This document shows, in pieces, positions 8,982-18,578 of a stretch of DNA of 64,000 nucleotides (position 1 is its first letter; each line of letters begins with the position of its first letter). Under the pieces are notes generated by a model. That model was not told the origin of the DNA. It made no database searches and saw nothing but the letters and a program-made list of their open reading frames with translations. The translations under genes and the position numbers were made by a program. Source of the DNA: a candidate division WOR-3 bacterium (GTDB lineage: Bacteria > Hydrothermota > 32-111); NCBI GenBank assembly GCA_039804105.1, contig JBDRZU010000001.1, positions 672,001-736,000 on the forward strand. The letters run 5' to 3'.

Positions 8982-10630
8982 AAATAGTATGTTCTTAAAA
9001 CTCTTTTCACATAATTCTTCGTTTCTATAAACGGTACTCCATCTATAAAAAGTTCCCAATCAGCATATTTTCTCTTCCACTTTTTTACATTTCCAACACC
9101 CGCATTGTAAGCCATTATAGCTTCTGATGGAGAATCCGGAAAACGATTTAGATAATCTTTTAAATGTTTTGCTCCAACTCTTATATTCTTTTCTAGATTG
9201 AAATAGTCCCTATCTTTATAGTAGGAATCATATACAAAATCCATCAACTGCATTATGCCCTTTGCATTCGAAGTCGATAAAGCATTTGTATTGAAATTGG
9301 ATTCTTCTCTTGCGATTGAAAGTAGAAGTGATAAATCAACATTTTCTTCACTTGAGATTTTTTTAAAGGTTGCAAGATAGGGTGTTGGAAATAAATAATT
9401 TATATATTTTCTGTAATCATTGCCATCCTTTATCCTTTTTTCTGAATAGTATGTTGAAAAATTATAAAACTCAAATTTATTTAGAAGATATATAATATAA
9501 TCTTTGTCTGAATTTTCATTTCTGTATTTTGAAATGAGAAAATCTTTAAAATTTTCTCTAAACCCATTACCTTCAAAAATATTATACAATTTTAAAATTA
9601 AACTGTCACATTGAAATTCCTCTTCTTTTATCTCAAGCCTCTTTTTCAAATGTATAAAAGCTCTAACAGAATAGAGTGTGAGAGGGAAATCAAGAGCAAC
9701 CAAATTCAACAAAGAATCACCTTTTTTTTTATCCCCAATCATGTAAAAATATTTTGCCTGATGGTATAAAAAGTTTTTATCATTACCTTTGTAGTTTTTC
9801 ATTATCGAATCATAGAAGTTCAAATCATTTTCATTTCTTGCATTTGAAACGATCCTAAGCAAAGCTTCATCATCATTTATCTTATAATAAATTAAAGCGG
9901 CTTTCTTATAATCTTTCTGATTCTCATAATATTTCCCAAGAAAATATACAAGATTTCCTTTTAACTTATCTTCTTCAACGAATCTGACATATTCAGATTT
10001 AATTTTTTTATCTTCAACTTTGGAGAAAATATCTGTATAAATGTTAATGTAATTTTTGATTTTTAAAGTATCATTTTCTTTTAAACTCAATAAAAATAGA
10101 ATCCAATCTGAACTGTTTTTTCTATCGATAAGTTTATCAAAATTTTTGTTAGAAAAGTTTTTTAAAAAAATAAAAACTGAATCATCATGATCAAAGATTT
10201 TTGGATTGGTTTTAAAAAAATTTATTGAATTTGAATCTTGAGGGAATTCTCTGACAAAATTAATCAAAAATCCCTTATCATGAAAAGATCTTTTAAGCAT
10301 TGTTGTATAATTTTTTATTTCTAAGCCATTTTTTGCAAAAAAATCTAACCTATTCGTATCAGTTTCATTTTTTAAAAGTTGATTCAAAACTTTTTCTTTC
10401 CTGTTATATTTTAATTTAATAATTTTATCAAGTTCATTTTTTTTAAGATAATCCATTATCAAAATCTTATATAAAATATCCTGTAAATCTTTATCTTGCA
10501 GTGAATCTATAAATTCAGTTTCATTTTCCGAAAAAAATTTTTCAACCCATAAAACATCTTTTCTTTCAACAAGGATGTTCGAAAAAATTAAAATTGGGAA
10601 AAGAAAAATCAGAACAAAGCAATTTTTCAT
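8954..10630 (-). CDS. soluble lytic transglycosylase (SLT domain) with helical/TPR-like N-terminus
   Basis: 'IAREESNF', 'AKGIMQLM', 'AYNAG', 'ETKNYV'. Confidence 0.88.
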   Translation of the reverse strand: MKNCFVLIFLFPILIFSNILVERKDVLWVEKFFSENETEFIDSLQDKDLQDILYKILIMDYLKKNELDKIIKLKYNRKEKVLNQLLKNETDTNRLDFFAKNGLEIKNYTTMLKRSFHDKGFLINFVREFPQDSNSINFFKTNPKIFDHDDSVFIFLKNFSNKNFDKLIDRKNSSDWILFLLSLKENDTLKIKNYINIYTDIFSKVEDKKIKSEYVRFVEEDKLKGNLVYFLGKYYENQKDYKKAALIYYKINDDEALLRIVSNARNENDLNFYDSIMKNYKGNDKNFLYHQAKYFYMIGDKKKGDSLLNLVALDFPLTLYSVRAFIHLKKRLEIKEEEFQCDSLILKLYNIFEGNGFRENFKDFLISKYRNENSDKDYIIYLLNKFEFYNFSTYYSEKRIKDGNDYRKYINYLFPTPYLATFKKISSEENVDLSLLLSIAREESNFNTNALSTSNAKGIMQLMDFVYDSYYKDRDYFNLEKNIRVGAKHLKDYLNRFPDSPSEAIMAYNAGVGNVKKWKRKYADWELFIDGVPFIETKNYVKRVLRTYYFYKFVLRVS

Positions 10631-11430
10631 AAAAGATTATAACCAATAAATATGGGTGTAACCTTTCCTTCAAGAAAAACTTTTGAATAGTTCTCATCAA
10701 AATAGATTGTCAAGAATTCTCCAGATCTTGCAAGAATTTTTACAGGTGAAGAGATATTGTATCTTAAAGACATTATTATCGCTGATGCAACAGAACCTGT
10801 TCCACATGAAAGAGTTTCATCCTCGACTCCCCTTTCATAGGTTCGTATTTTTATAAATTTTTTTTCTCTTTTGACGAAGTTGACATTTGTTCCCTCTTTT
10901 TTGAAAACCTTTGAAAATCTTATCTCTCTTCCAATATTTCTTACATCTATACTTTCTATATCATCAACCTCGATAACAAAATGAGGAACTCCTGTATTGA
11001 TAAACGATCCAGTAAAAATACCATAACGTGTTTCAACCTTTATGTTCTGTTTTAGAGAGTGTGGAGGAGACAATTCTAACTTTACTATGTTGCCTTTCTT
11101 TATTTGGGCTTGATGCACACCATTTTTTGAACAGAAAAGAACTTTTCTTTTTTTAATTATCCTCATCAGATAAGCAAATAGTACTATCGATCTCCCACCA
11201 TTTCCACACATCTCAGCTTCTTTGCCATCATTGTTGAAATAAACCATTTTAAAGTCACAATTTTTAATTCCCTTTTCAAGTAGTATCAAACCATCAGCAC
11301 CTATACCTGTCTTTGGTGAACACAATTTTTTTATGTAAAAAGGGGATGGTCTTTTCTGACCATCCCTATTATCGACAATTATAAAATCGTTTCCACTTCC
11401 GGAAACTTTCATAAAAAAATCAACTTTCAT
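10627..11430 (-). CDS. dapF: diaminopimelate epimerase
   Basis: GNDF, GADG, EMCGNG, NTGVPH, ERG and SCGTG (both catalytic Cys). Start set at ATG 11430. Confidence 0.95.
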   Translation of the reverse strand: MKVDFFMKVSGSGNDFIIVDNRDGQKRPSPFYIKKLCSPKTGIGADGLILLEKGIKNCDFKMVYFNNDGKEAEMCGNGGRSIVLFAYLMRIIKKRKVLFCSKNGVHQAQIKKGNIVKLELSPPHSLKQNIKVETRYGIFTGSFINTGVPHFVIEVDDIESIDVRNIGREIRFSKVFKKEGTNVNFVKREKKFIKIRTYERGVEDETLSCGTGSVASAIIMSLRYNISSPVKILARSGEFLTIYFDENYSKVFLEGKVTPIFIGYNLL

Positions 11431-11800
11431 AAAACGCGACAGCTTCCATTTCGATAGGACTATTTTTTGGAAGATTAGAGACCTCAACTACCGCTCGTGC
11501 AGGTAGATGATCTTTAAAATATTTTTCGTAAACAGAGTTGATTCTTGAAAAATCTAATATATTTTTGATGTAGATGTTGACTTTTACAAGATTATCAAAA
11601 GAGAGTTTTTCACCTTCAAGAATTATTTTAATGTTTTCAAGTGTTCTTTCAGTTAAAGTCTCTATATCTCCCTCAACAATGTTTCCCGTTAAAGGATCGA
11701 TTGGGAGTGTGCCGGATATAAACAAAAAATCACCGGCTCTTATTGCCTGACTGTATGGACCTACAGGTTTTGGTGCTTTTTCATTAAAAATTTTCTTCAT
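11420..11800 (-). CDS. ridA: RidA/YjgF/UK114 family enamine deaminase
   Basis: 'APKPVGPYSQA', 'PAR..VEV..LP', 'IEMEA'. Confidence 0.93.
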   Translation of the reverse strand: MKKIFNEKAPKPVGPYSQAIRAGDFLFISGTLPIDPLTGNIVEGDIETLTERTLENIKIILEGEKLSFDNLVKVNIYIKNILDFSRINSVYEKYFKDHLPARAVVEVSNLPKNSPIEMEAVAFYES

Positions 11801-12726
11801 TCGTTAACTCCAAGAAGTTTTAACATAACCGCTTTCTGTGCATGTAATCTGTTTTCCGCTTCATCGAAAACAACCGAGTTTGGAGAATCGATAACATCAT
11901 CTGTCACTTCTTCACCCCTATGTGCTGGTAGACAATGCATAAATATCGCATCGCTTTTTGCATTTTTAAACAGTTTCATATTAACCTGATAATCTTTGAA
12001 CGCTTTTGCTCTTTCTTCTTTCTCTGCCTCTTCTCCCATCGATGCCCAGACATCTGTGTAAACAACATCAGCATCTTTTACAGCTTCAACAGGGTCATAA
12101 GTTATAATAACTTTTGAATTATTCTTTTTCGCCATCTCCTTTGCTTTTTCAACATACTCATTACCCGGTTCATATCCTTTTGCACAGGCCATATAAAAAT
12201 CAGCACCAAGCATCGATGATATGAGCATCAAAGAATGACTCATGTTGTTACCTGCTCCAACAAAGGTAAATTTGATTCCACTTGTTTTACCTTTATGTTC
12301 TTCTATGGTCAAATAATCAGCAAGCACTTGACATGGGTGTTCTTTATCGGATAGCCCATTTATAACAGGGATCTTAGCATATTTTGCTAGATCTTCAACA
12401 GATTTGTGTGAAAAAACTCTTGCCATAATTATGTCAACCATTCTATCAAGATTCCTTGCTATGTCTGGGACACTTTCCCTTGAACCAAGTGATATATCCT
12501 TTGGGCCAAGATATATCGCATGTCCACCAAGTTGTGTGAAACCTGTTTCGAAACTAACTCTTGTTCTTAAAGATGGTTTTTCAAAAATCATAGCAAGTGT
12601 CATCTGGTTAAAACAGTTACGATATTTTTTCTCTTTTACTTCTTTTTTAACTTTTTTTGCGAGTTTGAAAATTTCTAAAATTTCTTCTTTTGTTAAATCA
12701 AGAATCGAGATAAGATCTTTTTTCAT
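11797..12726 (-). CDS. argF: ornithine carbamoyltransferase
   Basis: FEKPSLRTR, HPCQ, WASMG, HCLPAHRG, ENRLH. Start set at ATG 12726 after GGAGG. Confidence 0.92.
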   Translation of the reverse strand: MKKDLISILDLTKEEILEIFKLAKKVKKEVKEKKYRNCFNQMTLAMIFEKPSLRTRVSFETGFTQLGGHAIYLGPKDISLGSRESVPDIARNLDRMVDIIMARVFSHKSVEDLAKYAKIPVINGLSDKEHPCQVLADYLTIEEHKGKTSGIKFTFVGAGNNMSHSLMLISSMLGADFYMACAKGYEPGNEYVEKAKEMAKKNNSKVIITYDPVEAVKDADVVYTDVWASMGEEAEKEERAKAFKDYQVNMKLFKNAKSDAIFMHCLPAHRGEEVTDDVIDSPNSVVFDEAENRLHAQKAVMLKLLGVNE

Positions 12727-12739
12727 TTTACCTCCATTT

Positions 12740-13216
12740 TTATTCAAAAATTTTTGCTTGAAATTCTTCAACCAATTTTGAAGTTAATTCCGTATGTTTT
12801 TTTGAAATGTTTTCAATTAATTTTTTTAACCTTTCAAAATCTATATCATCAATCGATTTTATTGAAAAAAGAATAGAAAAATTTTTTTCAACTCCAATTG
12901 AAAGATCTATCAACGTCAAATTCTCTTCAAGTAATTTTCTATAGTATGGAAGAATATTGTTTTTTGGAAGATATGTCAAGGGTGAAATCAATTTTACAAA
13001 AAATTTACCATCCTCTTTGATGAGATAAAGATAAATAGGTGTTATTCCGATCTTAAAAAACCAGCCAAACATATTTTTATCAGATAGTTCAAGTTTCGCA
13101 TCCTCATGCGTTGTTCCAACGGTTGTTAAAATTTCTTCAATTATTTTTAAGATATCTTCAATTTCATCATTTTTTTCAGTTCCAAAAATTTTTTTCACTA
13201 TATGTAATATATCCAT
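12740..13216 (-). CDS. YbjN/CesT (type III secretion chaperone-like) family protein
   Basis: About 158 aa, acidic; 'GW.F.IG', 'LPK.N..PYYRKLLEEN' and a C-terminal amphipathic helix typical of this fold. Confidence 0.6.
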   Translation of the reverse strand: MDILHIVKKIFGTEKNDEIEDILKIIEEILTTVGTTHEDAKLELSDKNMFGWFFKIGITPIYLYLIKEDGKFFVKLISPLTYLPKNNILPYYRKLLEENLTLIDLSIGVEKNFSILFSIKSIDDIDFERLKKLIENISKKHTELTSKLVEEFQAKIFE

Positions 13217-13218
13217 AG

Positions 13219-13992
13219 TCACTCCAGATCAAGGTTATGTCCACATTTTTTACACCATTTATTTTCTGGTGGATTCTTTTCACCGCATTCAGAACATTTT
13301 TTGTATTTGGTTTTTCCTTTCTCAGAACTTTCAACAAGTTTTGCTCCACAATTTTCACACCATAAGGAGTTTGTTGTGTTTCTATATCCACAAACATTGC
13401 AGTAAACACTATCAGGAGTCAGTTTATATTTTTTTATTGTTAAATTTATTAAAGGTAAAATATCAACTATTGGTATAGCAAATCCAATCCCGGATGCATC
13501 AGCTATTTTTAGTGTATTGATCCCTATCACTCTTCCCTTCTTATCAATAAGTGGTCCCCCTGAATTTCCAGGGTTAATTGGAACATCTGTTTGTATATAT
13601 TTTATACCACCGATTTCTCTATTAAGTGCAGAGATGATACCTTTTGTGACAGTATTTTCAAAACCCAAAGGATTACCGTAAGCGATAACTTCATCTCCGA
13701 CCTTATAATCTTTTTGTTTAGCGACCGTAGCTGTTTGAAAATTTTTGTTCGATATTATTTTTATAAAAGCGATATCCATGTCAAAATTTGATTCTATAAC
13801 TTTTGCCTTAAAAATCGAATTATCAAACATCTGTATTTCGCAATCTGTACTATCTTCAACTACATGAGCGTTTGTGATAACTATTCCTGTTTTATCAGCT
13901 ATAAAACCTGTTCCAATGTTCTTATCAGTTTTTACAACAACTATACTGTCTTTTAATTTTTCAATTATTTTAGATATAGAAAAGTTTTTCAT
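13219..13992 (-). CDS. cytoplasmic trypsin-like (S1C) serine protease with C-terminal double zinc ribbons
   Basis: TNAHVV, DIA and GNSGG triad; no signal peptide; four CxxC pairs (CNVC, CENC, CSEC, CKKC). Confidence 0.88.
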   Translation of the reverse strand: MKNFSISKIIEKLKDSIVVVKTDKNIGTGFIADKTGIVITNAHVVEDSTDCEIQMFDNSIFKAKVIESNFDMDIAFIKIISNKNFQTATVAKQKDYKVGDEVIAYGNPLGFENTVTKGIISALNREIGGIKYIQTDVPINPGNSGGPLIDKKGRVIGINTLKIADASGIGFAIPIVDILPLINLTIKKYKLTPDSVYCNVCGYRNTTNSLWCENCGAKLVESSEKGKTKYKKCSECGEKNPPENKWCKKCGHNLDLE

Positions 13993-15245
13993 TTCTTTTT
14001 CATTTCTTTCAAGATCTCTTGAGCAGCTTCATCGAGAACTTTTTTACTATCCTGATTACCTTTTATAGCATACTCAAGCGCGTTTCCAAGGTATTTTCTT
14101 CCGAGGTACCATAATCTATCCTGTGGCTCCATATAAGAATTTTCAAGTTGTAAATAGACGTCCTTCAGTCGAGGATACTCTTCAAATCTTTTTTTCAAAA
14201 GTTCTGAGTCCATTGCACTTTTTCTGACAGGTAAATAACCTGTTTTGTATGACCATAATGATTGTATTTCTGGAGAAGTAAAATATTTTATAAATTTAAC
14301 TGCTCCTTCTTTTTGTTTATAGGATGCTTTTTTAAACACGGCAACATTTGTTCCAGATATTACAACAGCTCTTTTATCTCCACCTGGTACAGGGGCAATT
14401 CCAAATTCAAACTCTGGTTTTGCTTCTTTGATGAATGATAAAGAAACTGTTGAACCATAAATGATAGCAACTTTTTTTGCAAGAAAATCATCCTGATGTT
14501 GGTACCCTGTTGTTATGTATCCACTTTTATCAAAGTTTATTATCCGCTTATCTATTTCTATCGCCTTTACACCGGCTGGAGAGTTAAATAATGGTTTCAT
14601 ATTCGAATCCACAAGTGCTCCATTGTATTGGAACAATCTGCATTCAAACATCCAGACATTAATATTGAAAGCTGTCCCATGTAAATCTACTTTACCATCT
14701 TTATCCAAATCGATCGTCAATTTTTTTGTAACAGCAATAAACTCTTCCCAATTTTCAGGAAACTTTTCGATAGAAAATTTTTTAAATATATCTTTGTTAT
14801 AAAAATATGCTGGAACAGATTTATTAAAAGGAAGGGATAAAAGTTTTCCATTGAAAGTGTTATCCTTGACAAAAATTTCAAAGAAATCATTTTGGATATC
14901 TTTTTTAAACTCTTCATCGATAAGTTCTTCGATCGGTTCAATAACCCCATTATTATAGAATTCACTTGTCCATGATTCATATACCTGAGATATTACAGGA
15001 GGATTTGACATTGATGCCATCAGTTTAGTTGATAATGCTTCATAAGTTCCAACGGAAATTGGAACTATTTTGTATTCTGGGTTCTTTATATTGAACGAAT
15101 CAACAATTTCCTTCAAAGCATCTCCAGCAGGCCCACCCATCACATGCCAGAAAGTAATCTCTGTAACATTCTTATCTTTTATATCGCATGAAAACAAAAA
15201 GAAAATTGTTAAGACAATCATTGTTGTGATTTTTATAAATTTCAT
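13989..15245 (-). CDS. ABC transporter substrate-binding lipoprotein (UgpB/sugar-binding family); no permease genes adjacent
   Basis: Lipobox LFSC; 'ITFWH', 'LPFNKS...YNKD', 'TGYLPVRKSA'. Confidence 0.88.
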   Translation of the reverse strand: MKFIKITTMIVLTIFFLFSCDIKDKNVTEITFWHVMGGPAGDALKEIVDSFNIKNPEYKIVPISVGTYEALSTKLMASMSNPPVISQVYESWTSEFYNNGVIEPIEELIDEEFKKDIQNDFFEIFVKDNTFNGKLLSLPFNKSVPAYFYNKDIFKKFSIEKFPENWEEFIAVTKKLTIDLDKDGKVDLHGTAFNINVWMFECRLFQYNGALVDSNMKPLFNSPAGVKAIEIDKRIINFDKSGYITTGYQHQDDFLAKKVAIIYGSTVSLSFIKEAKPEFEFGIAPVPGGDKRAVVISGTNVAVFKKASYKQKEGAVKFIKYFTSPEIQSLWSYKTGYLPVRKSAMDSELLKKRFEEYPRLKDVYLQLENSYMEPQDRLWYLGRKYLGNALEYAIKGNQDSKKVLDEAAQEILKEMKKK

Positions 15246-15253
15246 AGATTCTC

Positions 15254-16315
15254 CTATTCATCAAGTGGTTTCAAAACGTATCCAAATTCAGTTTTCATAT
15301 AAAAAAATCTATCTACTATTTCTTCATCAATCCATTTAAGATCAACGAGTTCTCTTAAATTTTCAGGGTATTTTCGATACTGTAAAAAGAAAACAGTCAA
15401 AACGTTATCAATATTTTCCATCATATACCTATCTGTTGCTCTATACTTAACTACACGATAAGAAAAAACTTTTTTATAAAATCTTTTAGCAATAAAACCT
15501 GTTGATGTTAGAACCAAAATGAGAATCACTAGAATGATCCAGTTTACAACAACTTTTATATCGAATAGGGCTTTTTCTTTAACTTCTTTTGTCTCCTCTT
15601 CAACTTCTCTTTTTTTCGTCTTTTCTATAAGATTCATTTTTAAAAGGTTATAAACTGATTGGTATGTTAAAAATTTACCAAGCCCACTTATTTTTATTAG
15701 ATCACCAAGCGATTTTTCGGGTGAGATTAAATCAAGGACACTCTTTTCTTCTAAACCAATATTTTCAGGGATTTGAACATTATCAATTTTTTTAAAGTAA
15801 AGATCAGTTGTAGGCAAAACCGATTGAATATTTGGCCACTCATCCATTCTTCTCATACCTTCCATCATCAACGCTTGGGTATTGATACTGACTTTTACTA
15901 TCGAGTTTGGATACATTATCAAATCTTCAATAAATTCGTAAGTACCAGTATCCCAGGTAAAAAGTTCATCAAAAATTTCCTGGATTTTAAAATTTATTAT
16001 CTCCTTCAACTGCTCCTGATCTACATATTTTTCATCTATTAAAATCTTTTCGAGTGGAATCTTTGTTTCTCTATGCATTTCCAGAATTTTTTTATAATTT
16101 TCTAACGTTATCTTCCCGCTGTTCACAAGATATTCTTTTATCAATTCCTGAATCCCACCCCTCGTATAAACAGCACCATTAACATTCCCCTTGATAAAAC
16201 CTATTTCGATCTTGTCATTCTTTTTATTTAAAACCAAAACACCAGTTTTTTCAGTTTGAGCTATGAAACCTATAATATTAGGTAGATCATCTTTTGATCT
16301 TAATTCACCTTTCAT
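15254..16315 (-). CDS. DUF4388 (PatA-N-like) domain protein with winged helix, TM segment and short periplasmic tail
   Basis: 'MKGEL...LP.II..I...KTGVL', 'LFTW..G.YEF', 'LMMEGMRRMDEW'. Confidence 0.85.
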   Translation of the reverse strand: MKGELRSKDDLPNIIGFIAQTEKTGVLVLNKKNDKIEIGFIKGNVNGAVYTRGGIQELIKEYLVNSGKITLENYKKILEMHRETKIPLEKILIDEKYVDQEQLKEIINFKIQEIFDELFTWDTGTYEFIEDLIMYPNSIVKVSINTQALMMEGMRRMDEWPNIQSVLPTTDLYFKKIDNVQIPENIGLEEKSVLDLISPEKSLGDLIKISGLGKFLTYQSVYNLLKMNLIEKTKKREVEEETKEVKEKALFDIKVVVNWIILVILILVLTSTGFIAKRFYKKVFSYRVVKYRATDRYMMENIDNVLTVFFLQYRKYPENLRELVDLKWIDEEIVDRFFYMKTEFGYVLKPLDE

Positions 16316-18378
16316 TTTTCTTCCTTTATCGTTAAAAAGCTTATCAGATAAAATATTATGATCAAAAATACAAACAAAAATCTTATATCAAAAAATTTCA
16401 ATTCAAGAATTAAATCAGTATTTTTTCTTAGAAAAATATTTTGAGAAAATATAAAAATCAAAGAGATCAGGGAGAAAACCATTAAGATTCCACCTTTGAA
16501 ATAACGACCCTCATAAATCTTTCCAAACCCAGGGAATATTAAAGATAATATCTTTCTAACAAAATAATTCTTTTTCTTTTTTAATCTGACAAAAGATTCG
16601 AATTTTCTAATTTTCATTATATCAGATATTGTATCACTTATCGTTTTATAATCATCCAAACAAATATCTTTGTCATTATACTTTATTTTATCACCATTCG
16701 ATATAGGTGTATTACAAGTATAACATCTAAATATTCTAACCTTTTGGCTTGTTAAAAGGTTTAAAATTAAAGAAAGAACCAATGTAAAAAATGGGATTAT
16801 ATTAAAAAGATCGATCCTTAAACCCATCATAACCGGTGTATCCATAACATTTTTCTTTTTCAAAAATTCTTCATAGATAAATCTTTCAGGTATTTTGCAA
16901 TCTATTACAACCGTGTTGTAGAAATTTTCATCAGTATTCTCAAGAAATGTACTTATCAATTCATAGTTGAGTCTATTTGCCTTTTCAATATACTGGTTTG
17001 ATTCTTCAAGTCTTAAAAGTTTCAGATAAACCTGGCCAAGATTGAAATATGACTCTGCTATATCAGAATAAATTTGAATAGCTTTATTGTAATACTCGAT
17101 CGCTTTATTATAATAACCTTTTAAAAACATTATGTTTCCAAGGTTGTTATAGAGTTCAGGAAAACTCTCACCCTTTAAAAGTATTTTTGAATATTCACTT
17201 TCTGCTTCATCAAAAAAACCACCTTTTTTATAAAGTTTTCCCTTTGAGAACAGAAGAGCAGTATTATATGGTTGCTCTTCAAGTAATGAATTCAATTTGT
17301 TCAAAAGTTTGGTATTCCAATAAGAATTTTCAACTTTAAGAATTACACTTATGTTATCGTTAGGATTCAGGTGGCCAATTATATGTGATTCAATTCTGTA
17401 AATCAACGGTATAAAGAAAATCAAAAGTATAAGCACTGAAATGATGATCTTTTCTTTTTTCTCATAGAAAATAAAAACAAGGAATACAACATAGAAAAAC
17501 CATATAATTACATTTATCTGTAGTATTAAAGGTATCAAAAGTACAATCAAAGCAAGAAAAATTCTCTGTTTTGGCAACAATTTCCATTTAACATACCTCT
17601 TGTAAAAATAAAAGTATTTATCAAGATTTTTTATAGTAAAAATCAAAGTATAAAAAATAAAGATTAAAAGAATAAAATATCTTAAAAATTTCAAAATGTT
17701 AAAAAGAAAAACAAATTTTATAACATCATCCCTAAAATAATTCTTATATCTACTTAAAGCAAAACCAGTATACTCAAACCTTTTTTCTTTTAAACTCAAA
17801 TTCAAAATGTTATTAACTATCTGAAAATTGAATGGATCAAGTTTATTGGCGAGCAAAAGATTCGAAAACGCTTCATCAATATTTTTATTTCTATAATTTT
17901 CAATCGCCAAGATGTTCAAATACATTGAAATTTCTGGAAGTGAAGTAGCTCCCACCATATACTTGAGTTTTTCAAGTTGATCTAACTCATACTTTACATA
18001 GTTCTTCACAACATTCACCGAAAAAATTTGATACAATCTTAAATGTAGAAGATAATCAAGACCAGATTTTTCAGATGCTTTTTGAAAATAGAATGAAGCG
18101 GAGTCAATCTCTTTTTTATAATGGAATGTAAATCCATAAGCAAGGTATATGAAAGGATTTCTATCCCCATCCTGAAGGATTTCTCTATATTTCTCCCTCA
18201 TAAGATCAAAATCAATATCCGAAACAAGACCTTCTCCCCTTAACACTTTACCATAAGCGGGGAAAATATCAAAAGCTTCATTCTCAAGAATTATAACCTG
18301 TTTGAAAATATCATTAACTTCTTGAGAAAAGATTAAAATAGAAACCGATAGGAGAAAAATAAAAACTAACTTCTTCAT
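16312..18378 (-). CDS. TPR-containing multi-pass membrane protein
   Basis: Signal peptide, TM cluster, TPRs 'YNNLGNI...AIEYYNKAI...YFNLG', CxxC, and 'SLIFPGFG.IY.G' near the C-terminus. Confidence 0.8.
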   Translation of the reverse strand: MKKLVFIFLLSVSILIFSQEVNDIFKQVIILENEAFDIFPAYGKVLRGEGLVSDIDFDLMREKYREILQDGDRNPFIYLAYGFTFHYKKEIDSASFYFQKASEKSGLDYLLHLRLYQIFSVNVVKNYVKYELDQLEKLKYMVGATSLPEISMYLNILAIENYRNKNIDEAFSNLLLANKLDPFNFQIVNNILNLSLKEKRFEYTGFALSRYKNYFRDDVIKFVFLFNILKFLRYFILLIFIFYTLIFTIKNLDKYFYFYKRYVKWKLLPKQRIFLALIVLLIPLILQINVIIWFFYVVFLVFIFYEKKEKIIISVLILLIFFIPLIYRIESHIIGHLNPNDNISVILKVENSYWNTKLLNKLNSLLEEQPYNTALLFSKGKLYKKGGFFDEAESEYSKILLKGESFPELYNNLGNIMFLKGYYNKAIEYYNKAIQIYSDIAESYFNLGQVYLKLLRLEESNQYIEKANRLNYELISTFLENTDENFYNTVVIDCKIPERFIYEEFLKKKNVMDTPVMMGLRIDLFNIIPFFTLVLSLILNLLTSQKVRIFRCYTCNTPISNGDKIKYNDKDICLDDYKTISDTISDIMKIRKFESFVRLKKKKNYFVRKILSLIFPGFGKIYEGRYFKGGILMVFSLISLIFIFSQNIFLRKNTDLILELKFFDIRFLFVFLIIIFYLISFLTIKEEK

Positions 18379-18578
18379 TTTTTAAAAATTGCAAGAGGTA
18401 TTAAAATTATATATCCTATTGTTAAAAGAACTGGTGCAAACTTTAAATCACCTTTTGATAGAAGAAAATATCCTAAAAACATGGATATCAAAGATAAAAT
18501 GAAGATCAAGATACTCAGTTTTGAAAATTTAATTCCCTCGGTATCTTTTTTTACTACATCATTCTTCTCTTTCATCAA
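18375..18578 (-). CDS. small two-TM membrane protein (DUF3098-like)
   Basis: 'LGYFLLSKG...APVLLTIGY..LIPLAI'; overlaps both neighbours by 4 nt. Confidence 0.65.
   Translation of the reverse strand: MMKEKNDVVKKDTEGIKFSKLSILIFILSLISMFLGYFLLSKGDLKFAPVLLTIGYIILIPLAIFKK

Noticed and set aside
14690..14720. DxDxDG (DLDKDGKVD) loop in the ABC substrate-binding protein
   Set aside because: This is a common feature of this binding-protein family and is not unusual.
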